From: an uncultured Acidobacteriota bacterium
Lineage (GTDB): Bacteria; Acidobacteriota; Vicinamibacteria; Vicinamibacterales; UBA2999
Assembly: GCA_963793705.1 (NCBI GenBank)
Contig: CAWCBC010000011.1
Span: 65,351 to 129,350, forward strand
Direction: 5' to 3'
Length of the DNA stretch: 64,000 bases
The notes below the pieces were generated by a model, which worked only from the letters and a program-made list of their open reading frames with translations, had not been told where the DNA came from and made no database searches. This document shows, one piece after another, positions 12,847-24,164 of this stretch. The position numbers were made by a program, and so were the translations under genes. The stretch's first letter is position 1, and the number at the start of each line of letters is the position of its first letter.

Positions 12847-12991
12847 ATCCACTCCTCCGCCGAAGAGTCGTCGACCCTGACGCTGCGTCAGGATCAAGCG
12901 GACGCGTACATCGACCTTCAGAAGGACGTACACGCGTCAGCGCGACGAGGAGGATGATCAGCCCGAGCTGCTGCGTCCTCGTCGGCACGGC

Positions 12992-13953
12992 TTAGCCCGG
13001 CGGCTGCTCGTTGTAGAAGAACGTGACGGTGAAGAACGCCATCGGGATCCGGATACTCGGGCGGCAGCGGCTCGACGGGATTGGAGCTGATGATCGCGTT
13101 GTAGGCGGCGTGGTTGAACGCGTCGATCGACGACGGCTGCACGACCGCGACGTCGGTGATGCGGCCGTTCTTGTGGATGTTGAACTGGATCACGACGTGG
13201 CCGCGGAAGTTCATCGCCGCCTGCGGGATGAACCAGTTGCCGCCGCACCTGCGCGACGAAGCGGCGGATCCAGGGCCCGAACTCGACGCCCTTGGTGTCG
13301 AACTGGATGGTCGACCCGGGATCGTTGGCGCCGCCCTGCGGGTTGTTGAACGTCTGGTTCTGGACGTAGCGCTCGAGGTTGCGCAGCGCGTCGCCGAGCC
13401 GGCCCGGGCGCTGGGCGCGACGCCTCGGTCTCGCGCCGAATGCCGGTAGTCGGCAGGCGGCAGCGCCCGCGCGAGCTGCTCCTGCGGCTGCGGCTTCGGC
13501 GGCTCCGTGTTTGGAGGCGACCTCCGTCTCCGGCGCCGCGCGCGCTTTCCTCCGGCGCGGACTCCGTCCGCTCGACGGAATCGCCGCGCGAGAACGGCAG
13601 CGGATTCGTCGGCGTCTCCGCAGCGTTCACGGCGCGCGCGCCTGACGGTCGATGTCGGACAGCTCGGCGCGGGGCGGCGGCTGCAGCGCCTCGATGTCGA
13701 CCCGCGGCTGCACGAAGACGAAGCGGCGCGCCTCGCGCTCCTGCTCCCGCTGCTGGCGCTCGCAGTTCCTGCTGCCGCGCCTCCAGCTCCTCCGGATCGG
13801 GCCTGAGGAACGACCACTCCGGCCCGAACAGGATCAGCGCCAACGAGCAGCGCATGGAACGACCGTCGACAGCAGGACGCCCTCGCGCTTGGAGATGGCG
13901 CTGCCGACGACGTGCTCGTCCTGGTACCGATCGTCGAAGTCGAAGTGAATCAA
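12992..13953 (-). CDS. TonB-family energy transducer-like protein; frame interrupted, start uncertain (TTG 13953 or ATG 13855)
   Basis: The C-terminal domain reads NFRGHVVIQFNIHKNGRITDVAVVQPSSIDAFNHAAYNAIISSNPVEPLPPEYP (ORF 12918..13817). It has a charged, Pro-rich middle and a hand-read N-terminal hydrophobic segment GVLLSTVVHALLVGALILFGP. The tail is FFTVTFFYNEQPPG-stop at 12992. Confidence 0.7.
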
Positions 13954-13967
13954 TGGCGACGGCTCGA

Positions 13968-13976
13968 ATTATAACA
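13968..13976 (-). promoter_or_regulatory. Candidate extended -10 element TGTTATAAT upstream of the TonB-like gene
   Basis: The minus-strand sequence TGTTATAAT lies 14 nt upstream of the candidate TTG start. There is no good -35. Confidence 0.35.
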
Positions 13977-14063
13977 TTCGGTAATGCAACGACTTACGGT
14001 ATCAGAACCGACCGCCGAAAACTATCACAGGCTACCCAATGTCGGCCGCTACTCAGCTCAGGC

Positions 14064-14780
14064 TCAGCGCTTCACTGCCGTATACAGGTAGACGATGCCG
14101 AAGGTCAGCGGGACGGCGCGGACATCGGCAAATCCGGCCTGCCGCAGAACTGTCACGAACTCGGCCGGCGGCGGAAAGCTGCCGACCGAGGCGGGCAGGT
14201 ACGAATACGCGCCGCCGTGGCCCGAGATCCGCCGGCCGATGAACGGCAGGACGCGGTTGAAATACCACTGGTAGAGCGCGCTCACGCCCGGCACGCGCGG
14301 CATGCCGAACTCGAGGATCGCCAGCCGTCCGCCGGGCCGCAGCACGCGCGCCATCTCGGCGCAGCCGACCTCGGGTTGCTGCACGTTGCGGATCCCGAAG
14401 CCGACCGTCACGGCGTCGGCGCTGCCGTCGGCGACGGGCAGACGCATGCGCGTCGCCGCGCACGAGCGCGATGCGCCGCTCCTCCCCGGCACGACGGACC
14501 TTCTGCAGGCCGAGCGCGAGCATCGCGCCGGCGAAATCGACGCCGAGCACGCGCGCCGCGCCGATGCGCCGGCGAGCGCGACGTCGGCCGTGCCGGTGCA
14601 GACGTCGAGCAGCGTCTCGCGGCCGGTCAGCTGCAGCGAGCGGATCGCGCGCGGCGCGCCAGCGCCGGTCGATGCCGGCGCTGAGCAGGTGATTGAGCAG
14701 GTCGTAGCGCGGCGCGATCGCATCGAACATCCCCGCGATGCGATCGGGGACTTGTCGGGCGGGGTGCGTGCGGCAGTCAC
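14064..14780 (-). CDS. ubiE: Demethylmenaquinone/ubiquinone C-methyltransferase; frame interrupted
   Basis: [25 protein letters not shown] (ORF 14053..14730). [13 protein letters not shown]...[35 protein letters not shown]...[11 protein letters not shown]...YLPASV (ORF 14064..15563). Confidence 0.88.
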   Translation of the reverse strand: MTAARTPPDKSPIASRGCSMRSRRATTCSITCSAPASTGAGAPRAIRSLQLTGRETLLDVCTGTADVALAGASARRACSASISPARCSRSACRRSVVPGRSGASRSCAATRMRLPVADGSADAVTVGFGIRNVQQPEVGCAEMARVLRPGGRLAILEFGMPRVPGVSALYQWYFNRVLPFIGRRISGHGGAYSYLPASVGSFPPPAEFVTVLRQAGFADVRAVPLTFGIVYLYTAVKR

Positions 14781-14797
14781 AGCGGAATGGCGGACGG

Positions 14798-15679
14798 TTA
14801 GCCGATGTAGAGCGCCAGCGCCGTCGCGGCGAAGTAGACGATGCCGACGTAGCCGTTCAGATCGAACGCCTTCTTCACCTGCGACAGGTCGTCGGCGCTG
14901 ACGAGCGACTGCTCGTAGGCCAGCAGCACCGCGACGAGCGCGACGCCGCCCAGATACAGCGCCGGCAGCTCGGCGACGCTCCACAGCGCGGCCATCGCGA
15001 CCACCGTCGCGACGTGCATCACGCGCGACAGCAGGATCGCGCGCCGGCACGCCGAACCGCGACGGGAATCGAGCGCAGCCCGTGCCCGCGATCGAACTCG
15101 ACGTCCTGGCAGGCATAGAGGATGTCGAAGCCGCCGACCCACAGGCCGATCGCCAGGCCGAGCAGCCACGGCTCCGGCACCGCCGCGTCCGCCGGCCGCA
15201 ATCCATCCGCCGACCGGCGCCACCGCCATCGCCAGCCCGAGGAACAGCTGCGTGTAGGTCGTGTAGCGCTTGGCCAGCGAATACCAGAACACGATCGCCA
15301 GCGCGACCGGCGCCAGCACCAGGCAGAGCGTGTTCAGCCGCGAGGCGCCGACAGACGAAGACCACCGACGAGACGACGACGAAGAGCGCCGCCTCCCGCC
15401 GGCTCATCGCGCCGCGCGGCAGCTCGCGCATCGCCGTGCGCGGATTGAGCGCGTCGAATCGCGCGTCGACCAGCCGGTTGAACCCCATCGCGGCGCTGCG
15501 CGCGCCACCATGCAGACGACGATCCAGCCGACCTGCGCCCAGGAGAACGGATGCTCGCGCCACGCCAGCAGCGCCCCGGTCAGCGCAAACGGCAGCGCGA
15601 ACACCGAGTGGCTGAAGCGGACGAACGAAAGGTAGGTGGTGAGCGTCTGATCATGAGACGCGATGGTCAGTCGAGCCAC
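14798..15679 (-). CDS. UbiA-family aromatic prenyltransferase (MqnP/4-hydroxybenzoate polyprenyltransferase-like); frame interrupted
   Basis: [28 protein letters not shown] (tail of ORF 15404..16273). ORF 14798..15319 is multi-TM and reads ...[32 protein letters not shown]...[12 protein letters not shown]. Confidence 0.8.
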
Positions 15680-16886
15680 GTGATCGTCGTCGGGCTCGAT
15701 GCCGCCGACCAGGTATTCTTCCACATCGTCCACGCCCGCCGGGATGCGGACGGCGATGAGCGCCGCCCGCTTGCCGGCCTCGATGCTCCCGAACTCGTCG
15801 CCGAAGCCGAGCGCGCGCGCGCCGATCAGCGTCGCGCTCTCGAGCAGCCGCCGGGCCGGCACGCGCGGCGCGAGCCGCCGCGCTTCCGCCAGCTCTGCGA
15901 ACAGGTTCAGGTCGGCGACGCTGGCCAGGCTGTCGGTGCCGAACGCCACGCTCGACGTCCATCGCGTAGAACGCCTCGAGCGGCGGCGAGCCGACGCCGA
16001 CGTGGACGGTTGCTGCGCGGGCACGAGACGATCGTCGGCCCGAGCGCCGCAGCCGCGACAGGTCCTCGCCGTCGAACTGGACGCCGTGCACGACGAGCAC
16101 GCGCGATCGAGAAACCCGAGGTCCGACAGATACTCGACCGGCGACACGCCCGGCGGCTCGCCAGTCCGTCGGTCCAGACGCCGAGCTCCTCCAGCAGCGC
16201 CCGAACGGCCGCCGGTCCCGTGCCGCAGGAACTCGACCTCCTCCGGCGACTCGCCCAGGTGCACGCTCGACACGGCGCCGGCTGCGCGTCAGATCGCCGC
16301 GCGAATCGCGCGGAACAGCGCCGGCGACACCGAATACGGCGCATGCGGCGCGAGCGCTGACGCGCACGTCGCGATCGCTCGGCACCCGCGCGGCTCGCCG
16401 CTGCGCCGCGCGCGTCGCCGACGCGGCGCCCGGGATCCGGCGACGTTGAAGCCGAGCAGCTCGTGGAACACCTGCGCCGGCATGCCGGCTTCGCGCAGCA
16501 GCGGCACGGTCACGAGCGTGTTGCTGACGTCGCCGAAGAGCCCGGTGCCGCTCGCCCGGGCCGCGTCGATGCGCGTCGCGCGCGGCTGCGAGGATCTCCG
16601 GCGTCGGCGGATCGGGATACTGCGCGCCGCAGCGCCATCAGCGTCGCGCACCCAGTCGGTGAAGCGTCGTGCCGGCGGGACGCGCCGTGCAGGTACGAGA
16701 GCTCGAGGTGGGTGTGCGCGTTGACGAGCGCCGGCAGGATCGCCGACGCGGCCGAGGTCGACCGCGTCGGGCGCACGCCGGCTCTCGGTGCCGACGCCGG
16801 CGATCCGGCCGCCGTCGACACCGACCCAGCCGCGGCGAATCGGGATCGCTGCTGATCGGCAGGAGCCAGTCGGCGTAGTAACGCGG
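15667..16886 (-). CDS. Amidohydrolase-family protein (aminofutalosine deaminase/chlorohydrolase-like by context); frame interrupted, no clean start seen
   Basis: ILPALVNAHTHLELSYL (HxH metal site, ORF 16510..16821). VAFGTDSLASVADLNLFAE...FGSIEAGKRAALIAV (ORF 15404..16273). The hand-read N-terminus is YYADWLLPISSDP. Confidence 0.7.
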
Positions 16887-16895
16887 TCAGTCGGC

Positions 16896-18146
16896 TTACG
16901 CGGTCAGCCGACCTCGAAGCGTCGGCATTCTGAGCCAGCTACTGCGCGAGCCGCAGCTGCTTTGCCCTGCGCGGCTGCGCGCCGGATAGTTCTTCAGCTC
17001 CTCGGGCACCGAGGTGTCGCCGTCGGCGCGCGCGGTCGCCAGCGACAGCATGCGCGGCACGTCGCGCTCGCGGAAGACCGGATCGCCGAGGATCTCGTAG
17101 TGCATGTTGCGGCGCTTCGGGATGAAGCCGGCGTCCTCGACGTTGACGACGATCTCGACTTCGTCCATGCAGTAGCTGGCGCCGGCCGCGCGGACGACGT
17201 TCTCCTCGATCATCACGCTGCCCATGTCGTTGGCGCCGAACGCCAGGCTGAGCTGCCCGACCTTGCCGCCCTGCGTCACCCACGACGCCTGCAGGTTGTC
17301 GAAGTTGTCGAGCACGATGCGCGACAGCGCCAGCGTCCGCAGGTAGTCGACGCCGGTCGCCTCGTAGCCGCCGTGCTCGGTGTGCTCGGGCTGGTAGCTC
17401 CAGGTGATGAACGCCGTGAAGCCGCCGGTCTCGTCCTGCAGATCGCGCAGCCGCATCATGTGCTCGATGCGCTCCTCGTCCGTCTCCACCGTCCCGTACA
17501 TCATCGTCGCCGTCGTGCGCAGGCCCGCGCGGTGCGCCTGGCGCATGACGTCGAGCCACTCGTCGGACGACGCCTTGCTGTAGCAGTTCAGCAGCTTGCG
17601 GACGCGGTCGACGAGGATCTCGGCGCCGCCGCCGGGAATGCTGTCGAGGCCGGCCGCGACGAGCCGCTCGATCACTGCCGGCACGGGCAGCTGATTGAGC
17701 CGCGAGATGTGCAGCACTTCCGGCGGCGACAGCGCGTGCAGCTTGAACTCCGGATACCGCGCCTTGACCGCGCGGAACAGATCCTCGTACCACTGCGATC
17801 GGCAGATCGGGATTGTGCCCGCCCTGCAGCAGCAGCTGGTTGCCGCCGACGGCGATCGTCTCGTCGATCTTGCCGAAGATCTCCTCGAAGCCGAGCACGT
17901 AGCCGTCGCTGCGACCCGACCGGGCGGTAGAACGCGCAGAAGTTGCAGCGCGCGACGCAGATGTTCGTGTAGTTGACGTTGCGGTCGATGATGTAGGTGA
18001 CGATGCGCTCGGGATGCTTGCGGGCGCGGATGCCGTCGGCCAGGCGGCCGAGCAGGTGCGTCGGCGCGTGGCGATAGAGCTCGCAGCGCCTCGGCGGCGT
18101 CGACGCGGCCGCCGTCCAGCACCTTCTGCGCGATCTGATCGATCAT
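16896..18146 (-). CDS. MqnC/MqnE-family radical SAM enzyme of the futalosine pathway; frame interrupted near the 5' third
   Basis: Hand-read HPERIVTYIIDRNVNYTNICVARCNFCAF (CxxxCxxC, about 17936..18016). ORF 16896..18146 continues VKARYPEFKLHALSPPEV...GLDSIPGGGAEIL...TATMMYGTVETDEERIEHM...FITWSYQPEHT... Confidence 0.85.
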   Translation of the reverse strand: MIDQIAQKVLDGGRVDAAEALRALSPRADAPARPPGRRHPRPQASRAHRHLHHRPQRQLHEHLRRALQLLRVLPPGRVAATATCSASRRSSARSTRRSPSAATSCCCRAGTIPICRSQWYEDLFRAVKARYPEFKLHALSPPEVLHISRLNQLPVPAVIERLVAAGLDSIPGGGAEILVDRVRKLLNCYSKASSDEWLDVMRQAHRAGLRTTATMMYGTVETDEERIEHMMRLRDLQDETGGFTAFITWSYQPEHTEHGGYEATGVDYLRTLALSRIVLDNFDNLQASWVTQGGKVGQLSLAFGANDMGSVMIEENVVRAAGASYCMDEVEIVVNVEDAGFIPKRRNMHYEILGDPVFRERDVPRMLSLATARADGDTSVPEELKNYPARSRAGQSSCGSRSSWLRMPTLRGRLTA

Positions 18147-18221
18147 CGATCGTCGCGCCGAGTCCGCTCGCGGAACCCGCCTACGACTGCCGTCCGCTAG
18201 GTGACTCCGCGACGGACCCGC

Positions 18222-19012
18222 CTAGAAAAACTCCAGGTCCGGCGCCGGCGCCAGCCCGAGATCCGCCGCGTAGTCGAGAAACAGCTGCAGCCCCGCCGCT
18301 TCCTCGGGCCCGAGGCCGTATCGCACATTATCCCTTAGATACGCGGCGGCCCGCGCCGTCGCGGCGCGCGTCGCCGCGCCCGTATTCGGCCGCAATCGCG
18401 TCGACGACTGCGACGCCCTCCTGCCTGCGCCTGCCTGCAGCGCCTCGACGTCGGCGGCGGTGACCGCGCCGGGCCGGCCGGTCCACGCCGCGTAGACGAA
18501 CGGCAGGCCGGTCATCGCCGTCCATTCCTCGCCGAGATCGATCTTCCGTAAGCCCGAGCGCCGCGTGGTCGGCCTCGAACGCCGGATCGCCGATCAGCAG
18601 GCCGGCATCGGCGGCCGCGTCATCGCCGCAGGTCCGGGCCGTGCGGCACGAACTCCGGCGCGATGCCGAAGCGGTGGCGGCACAGCACGCGGATGAGCGC
18701 CACCGACGTGCGCGAGCTGGTGTCGAGCGCGATCGGCCGGATCTCGCTCGACCGGCACGCGCGTGAAGAGCGCGACCGAGGCGACCGGCCCGCGCGAGCC
18801 GATGCCCGACGCCGGGCACGAACCGGTAGTCGGGCGCCTGCAGGTACTCGATCGACGGAATCAGCCCGAGATCGACGTCGCCCGCGTGCAGCAGCGCCGC
18901 GCAGACCGACGGCAGGTCGTAGCGGATCGTGCCAGCGCTCGGGCGCGCGGTCGAGCGCCCAGGTCAGCGGCCGGGCGTTCAGATAGCCGACGGCGCCGAT
19001 GCGGACCGGCAT
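18222..19012 (-). CDS. mqnA: Chorismate dehydratase MqnA (MqnA/MqnD family); frame interrupted
   Basis: MPVRIGAVGYLNARPLTWAL from 19012 (inside ORF 18620..19714). The C-terminus is ORF 18222..18515 (TGLPFVYAAWTGRPG...YLRDNVRYGLGPEEAAGLQLF). Confidence 0.8.
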
Positions 19013-19887
19013 CAGCGCTCGACGGCGAAGCGGCCGTCGCGCTCGACCGGCTCGAAGCCGGCCGCCTCGATGTTGCGGCGGATCTCCTCGAGCGGCGCGC
19101 GCCGCCGGCCCTCCGGCGCCTCGTCCGACGGCGAGACGCCGTAGAGGTCGTCGGCGCCGAAGGTCAGCGCCACCTGCGCGAGCTTCGGTCCGTAGCGCTG
19201 CCAGTCCACCTGGATCGACGGGATGTTCGGCGCCGCCAGCCGCGCGATCGCCACCATCTTCACGTCGTCGTAGCCGGTGGTCGGCCGGAACGCGCTCAAG
19301 CGTCGACGGGCAGCGGATTGAGCGCCTGGATGCACGCCGAACTCGCTCCTGCAGCTCGGCGGCGCGCAGCAGCAGCTCGGTCCGCTCGGCTGCCGGCGCA
19401 CTGGCGACCGACAGCCGCAGCTGCGTCGAACCCGCGGCGTCGTCAGCGCGCGCAGCGCCGCGCGCGGATCCGTCGATCGTGTCGAGCGGCAGCTCGGCGA
19501 GCGCATCGAGGCCGGCGTCGCGCAGTTTCTCCAGCACGCCCTGACCATCGGCCGCACGGCCAGCGTTCGACGTCGGCCCACGAGAACGCCGCCACGGGAC
19601 GAGCGCCCGCGACGCTCTTCGCGGCGCCGCACGGCGTTGACGGCCGCGTCCAGCGTGTCCGGCGACGCCAGTGAGCCGCACCTCGCGCGCCGGCGGGCGG
19701 GACCGCGTCGGCAATCGACTGATCGAACGCGCAGGTGGCCACGCGCAGAAAGGTCACCGGCGTGCCGTGCAGCCGCCGCCGCAGCGACGTCGGCGAGCAT
19801 GCCGAGCGGCAGGATGTCAGGCGTGCGGGCCAGCTCGCGGATGTCGTCAGGCGACAGCCGCTCGCCCGCCGGCGACGCGATCGACAT
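19012..19887 (-). CDS. MqnC/MqnE-like paralog with no recognisable CxxxCxxC motif; frame interrupted
   Basis: The C-terminal half, FRPTTGYDDVKMVAIARLAAPNIPSIQVDWQRYGPKLAQVALTFGADDLYG, resembles the equivalent part of the 16896..18146 protein. The N-terminal region reads ...TFLRVATCAFDQS where the Cys triad would be expected. Confidence 0.6.
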   Translation of the reverse strand: MSIASPAGERLSPDDIRELARTPDILPLGMLADVAAAAAARHAGDLSARGHLRVRSVDCRRGPARRRARCGSLASPDTLDAAVNAVRRREERRGRSSRGGVLVGRRRTLAVRPMVRACWRNCATPASMRSPSCRSTRSTDPRAALRALTTPRVRRSCGCRSPVRRQPSGPSCCCAPPSCRSEFGVHPGAQSAARRRLSAFRPTTGYDDVKMVAIARLAAPNIPSIQVDWQRYGPKLAQVALTFGADDLYGVSPSDEAPEGRRRAPLEEIRRNIEAAGFEPVERDGRFAVER

Positions 19888-19892
19888 ACGTG

Positions 19893-20855
19893 TCAAAGAA
19901 AGTCGTCGTCACAGCGCAGCTTCCATCTCCTCGGCGATCCTCGTCGCCAGTGCGAGCGCGTCGCGGCCCGCCTGCGCCGGTAACGCGCGGGGCGCGCCGG
20001 TTCCGCGACGGCGTCGACGAAGTCGGCCAGCTCGCGGCGCAGCGGCTCGTCCTTGGCCACGTCCAGCTTGCCGCCCTGGATGCTCGGCCGCCCGTCGGCC
20101 TCGGACACCAGGCGGTAGACCTCGACCTCCTGCGCCGCGAAGTCGATCGAGACGTACGAGTCCTGCTGGAAGAAGCGCGCCTTGCGGACGCGCTCGCGGC
20201 TGATCCGGCTGGCGGTCAGGTTGGCGATGCAGCCCGACGCGAACCGCAGGCGCGCGTTGGCGATGTCGGTTCGCGGCGTCAGCACGTTCACGCCGACGGC
20301 CTCGACGGACACGACGTCCGAGCCGACCGACGCCAGCAGCAGGTCGAGGTCGTGAATCATCAGGTCGAAGATGACGTCGATGTCGAGGCTGCGCTCCGGA
20401 AACGATGCCGAGCCGGTGCACCTCGATGAACCGCGGATTCGACACGCAGCGGCAGCGCCGCCGCCACGGCCGGATTGAACCGCTCGGTATGTCCCGCCGC
20501 CAGCACGCTGCCACGCCGCGCGCGCGGCGTCGATGAGCCGATCGGCCTCGGCCAGCGACGCGGCCAGCGGCTTTTCGACGAGCACGGCGCGTCCCTGCTC
20601 GACGAACGGCAGCGCCACGTCGACGTGCGACTCGGTCGGCACCGCGATCGTCACCGCGTCCACGAGCGACCGCACGTCGGCGGCAGTCGGCAAAGGCGCG
20701 GCGTCCCGTACTTGCGCGGCGATCTCCTCGGCGCGGCCGGGCTTCGTGTCCACGACGCCGACGAGCTCGACGTGCTCCATCGCCGCCAGCAGGCGGGCAT
20801 GATGCTGGCCGAGGTGACCGACGCCGATGACGGCGACACGTGAGACGATCGTCAT
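19893..20855 (-). CDS. Gfo/Idh/MocA-family NAD(P)-dependent oxidoreductase; frame interrupted mid-gene
   Basis: ORF 19893..20855: [23 protein letters not shown]...[19 protein letters not shown]...; later [18 protein letters not shown].... Confidence 0.8.
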   Translation of the reverse strand: MTIVSRVAVIGVGHLGQHHARLLAAMEHVELVGVVDTKPGRAEEIAAQVRDAAPLPTAADVRSLVDAVTIAVPTESHVDVALPFVEQGRAVLVEKPLAASLAEADRLIDAARAAWQRAGGGTYRAVQSGRGGGAAAACRIRGSSRCTGSASFPERSLDIDVIFDLMIHDLDLLLASVGSDVVSVEAVGVNVLTPRTDIANARLRFASGCIANLTASRISRERVRKARFFQQDSYVSIDFAAQEVEVYRLVSEADGRPSIQGGKLDVAKDEPLRRELADFVDAVAEPARPARYRRRRAATRSHWRRGSPRRWKLRCDDDFL

Positions 20856-21702
20856 GGATCGTCGAGGACATCTACGAATTCGCTCGTCTCGTCCCTACGA
20901 TCGTGATGCCGGCCTCGTCGGCGGACGCGAGCAGCGCGTCGCGCTCGAACATCAGCGTCTTGCCGGCGTCGATCGACAGCGCGCTGGCGCCGGCGACGCG
21001 CATCGCCTGAATCGTCGCGAGGCCGACGACCGGCACGTCGAAGCGCATGTCCTGGTTCGGCTTCGCGACCTTGACGATCCGGACGCCCGGCGCCGGCGAG
21101 GTGGCCGGCGCGGCCGATCACTTCGTCGGTGCCTTCCATCGCCTCGACGGCCACCACCGCCTGGTGCTTCACGGCGATCGTCTGGCCGATGTCGAGCCCG
21201 GCGATCGCGTCGGCCATGCGGTAGCCGAACTCGAAATCCTTGCGCTCCTCTTCCGTCGGCGACGCGCCGCGTCATGCACGCCGGCCGGCGCGAGCAGCGG
21301 CTGCAGCAGCGACGTCGAGTCGATCAGCTCGATGCCGTGGTCGCGCAGCACGCCGGCCACCGCGCCAATCAGGCCGTCGGTGTTGCGGAACGGCAGCCGC
21401 GCCAGCAGTCCCAGGAACGTCAGGTCGGGACGATGCCGCCGGCAAAGATCTTGGTGTGCTTCACCTGTCCGGCCATCACGGCGTGCGTCGCGCCCGCCTC
21501 CTTGAGGAGCTGGATGCACGTGCCGAGCTGGCCGAGGGAGATCCAGTGAATGGCCGCGCCACATTCGCGCCGCCGCCTCGTCGAGATCCTTGAAGGCCTC
21601 TTCCTTGGTGGCGATGACGGTGACCTCGTGCCCCTGGGCGCGAGCCGCCTCGAGGACGAGGAACGGAAACCGGCCGTTGCCGGCGATGAGCCCGAGCTTC
21701 AT
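20852..21702 (-). CDS. lpxI: UDP-2,3-diacylglucosamine pyrophosphatase LpxI (DUF1009); frame interrupted
   Basis: [31 protein letters not shown] from 21702 (inside ORF 21169..22446). [26 protein letters not shown] (ORF 20852..21217). ATGA overlaps are present on both sides. Confidence 0.8.
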
Positions 21703-22522
21703 TCGTCGGCGACGAGCTCCTCGGTGCGCCGGGCCGGGCGCCGGAGGATCACGCCGCGGCGGGAGCTGCGGATGAAGTCGACGAGGTAGCGGACCTCCGG
21801 CGACGACAGCGTCGGATCCTGCTCGATCCGCGCCAGCGCGCGCGTGGTGTTCAGCTTCGACTGAATCAGATAGCGGTAGGCCAGCTTCAGCTGCGAGATC
21901 GTGTCGGGGGTGAAGCCGCGACGCGACAGGCCGATGGTGTTGACGCCGAAGATCCGCGCCGGCCGGCTGCCGATCGTGCGCGCGAACGGCAGCGCGTCCT
22001 TGGTCACCACCGAGTAGCCGCCGATGAAGCCGTAGCGGCCGACCCGGCAGAACTGGTGCACCGCCGATCCGGCGCTGATGTTGGCGAAGTCCTCGACGTC
22101 CACATGGCCGCCGAGCGTGGCGTGCGGGCCGAAGATCGTGTCGCTGCCGACGTGGCAGTCGTGCGCCACGTGGACGTAGGCCATGAACAGGTTGTGGTCG
22201 CCGATCGTGGTCTCGCCGCCGCCGCCCTGCGTGCCGCGGTTGATGGTGACGAACTCGCGGAAGATGTTGCCCTTGCCGATGACCAGCCGCGTGCGCTCGC
22301 CGCGGTACTTGAGGTCCTGCGGCGCCAGCCCGATCGACGCCATCGGAAAGATCTGCGTCTCGTCGCCGATCTCGGTCCAGCCTTCGATGACGACCGACGC
22401 CCCGATGCGGCAGCTGCGCGCCGATGCGGACATCCGGGCCGATCACGGCGTTGCGGACCGATCGTCGTGCCCGCGCCGACGTGCGCCGACGGATGGACGT
22501 TCGCCGTCGGATCGATGTAGGC
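21699..22522 (-). CDS. lpxA: Acyl-ACP:UDP-GlcNAc O-acyltransferase; 5' end in another frame, start approximate
   Basis: ORF 21699..22433 shows hexapeptide repeats and ...RLVIGKGNIFREFVTINRGT...NLFMAYVHVAHDCHVG...NTIGLSRRGF.... Confidence 0.9.
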
Positions 22523-22958
22523 CGGCGCCGGGCTCGATCGCCAGCAGCAGCTCGGCCTCGGCGACGACCTGGTCGTCGACGTACGCGGCCGCCTGAGCCT
22601 TCGCGAGCCGCGAGCGGGTCCGGCCGAGCGTCACTTCCAGCCGCAGCCGATCGCCCGGCACCACCTGGCGGCGGAATTTGGCGTTGTTGACGCCGCGCAG
22701 CGACACGCGGGCGGTCGGCGACGCGCCGTCGCGATCGAGGACGAGCACGCCGGCCGCCTGGGTCAGCGCCTCGATCATCAGCACGCCCGGCATCAGCGGC
22801 GAGCCCGGGAAGTGGCCCTGAAAGAACTCCTCGCTGACGGTGACGTTCTTGAACGCGACGAGCCGGCCGCCCGGCTCGTGCTCGGTGACGGCGTCGACGA
22901 GGATGAACGGATATCGGTAGTAGACGCGCGACAGAACCGAGGGGAGGTGCAGCGACAC
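22510..22958 (-). CDS. fabZ: 3-hydroxyacyl-ACP dehydratase FabZ; 3' end approximate
   Basis: Within ORF 22443..23081: LPSVLSRVYYRYPFILVDAVTEHEPGGRLVAFKNVTVSEEFFQGHFPGSPLMPGVLMIEALTQ. Candidate GTG start at 22958. Confidence 0.9.
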
Positions 22959-22965
22959 CCCGCCT

Positions 22966-23687
22966 CTACTTCTGCGTTGGCGCGGGCGCCGCAGGCGCCG
23001 GTGCCGCGGGCGGCTTCTGCGTGGAGGCCGGCGCTGCCGCCGCCGGTTTGGCCGGGCCGGCCGCGTCGAGCGCCCGGACAACGTCCATCGTCAGGTCCAT
23101 GCTCGGGTCGGCCCAGACCAGACCGCTCTGATCGGCGTCGAACACGAAGTGGACCTGCTTCTCCTTGGCGACCTTCTCGATCATCGGCAGCAGCGAGCGC
23201 GTCCGAACTCGTTCTGCAGCTGCTGCGTCAGCGCCTGCAGTTCCTGCTGCGCGTCTTCGTGCGAGCGCTGGATATCGCGCTGCTGCCGCTCGATGTCCGC
23301 CTGCAACTGGGCGCGGGCCGCGTCGTTGAGCACCGTCGCCCCCTTCTCCAGCTTTTCCTGGGCGGCCTGCAGCTGCTTGTTCTTGTCCTGCAGCTCCTTC
23401 AGCTTCTGGTCCTGCAGCGCCTGCACCTTGGCGGCGAGCACTTTGCCCTGCGCGGACTCCTGCGCAACCGTCCTGCAGCTGCACGTAGGCATACTTCAGC
23501 CCGGTCTGGAACGGCACTGCGCGGCGTCGCCTGCGGCTGCGCGGCTGCGGGTGGCGGAGCCGGCTTCGCGGTGGACGGCTGGCGCGGCAGCGGGAGCCGG
23601 CTGGCGCGGCGCGGCCTGCGCCTGCGCGAAACTGGGAGCGGCGGACAGCACGAGGCTGAGCGCCAGAGCGACAGCAAACACTCTCAT
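22966..23687 (-). CDS. skp: OmpH/Skp-family periplasmic chaperone; frame interrupted
   Basis: Signal peptide MRVFAVALALSLVLSAAPSFAQAQ from 23687 (ORF 23496..23870). A coiled-coil segment is in ORF 23181..23492 (QDQKLKELQDKNKQLQAAQEKLEK...). The tail is in ORF 22966..23517. It lies between bamA and fabZ. Confidence 0.8.
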
Positions 23688-23742
23688 TCCGATGAGTCCT
23701 TTCAAAAGCCCGGCAATTTTATCAAGTAAGATTGGATTTCCG

Positions 23743-24158
23743 ATGTTTCGATTCATATCCGCTCTCTGCCCTCGTCTCCGCCTGCTGCCTCGCCGCCGGA
23801 TGCGACGCGACGATCCGGTCGCCGCTCCCGTCGAACCCCCGGTAGAGGTGACCGAGACGTTTACGGGCACCCTCGACGTTCATGGCGCGGCCATGCACAC
23901 CTTCTTTACCGATAAGGGGCCGGCCCAGGCCGTCGCCACGCTTGAATCCCTGTCGCCCGACAGCGCGGCGGTCGTCGAGATTCACTTCGGCACCTGGAAC
24001 GGCAACAACTGCCAGGTGATCCTGATCAAGCTCGACGCGACGACCAGCGCCAACTTGATCGGAACGGCCTCCGTCGGGGCTTTTTGCGTCACTCGTCAGC
24101 CGATATCGGCCGCCTCACCGAGCCGACGACCTACACGATCAAGGTGACGCACTTCTGA
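23743..24158 (+). CDS. Small lipoprotein, function unknown; three indels needed to restore the frame
   Basis: Removing one C from the run at 23769..23771 and adding one to the run at 23836..23840 gives MFRFISALCLVSACCLAAGC (lipobox LAAGC) joined to PVEVTETFTGTLDVHGAAMHTFF.... A third frame break near 24090 joins ...VGAFCVT to the hand-read tail ...TEPTTYTIKVTHF-stop. Confidence 0.6.
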
Positions 24159-24164
24159 ACTCTA

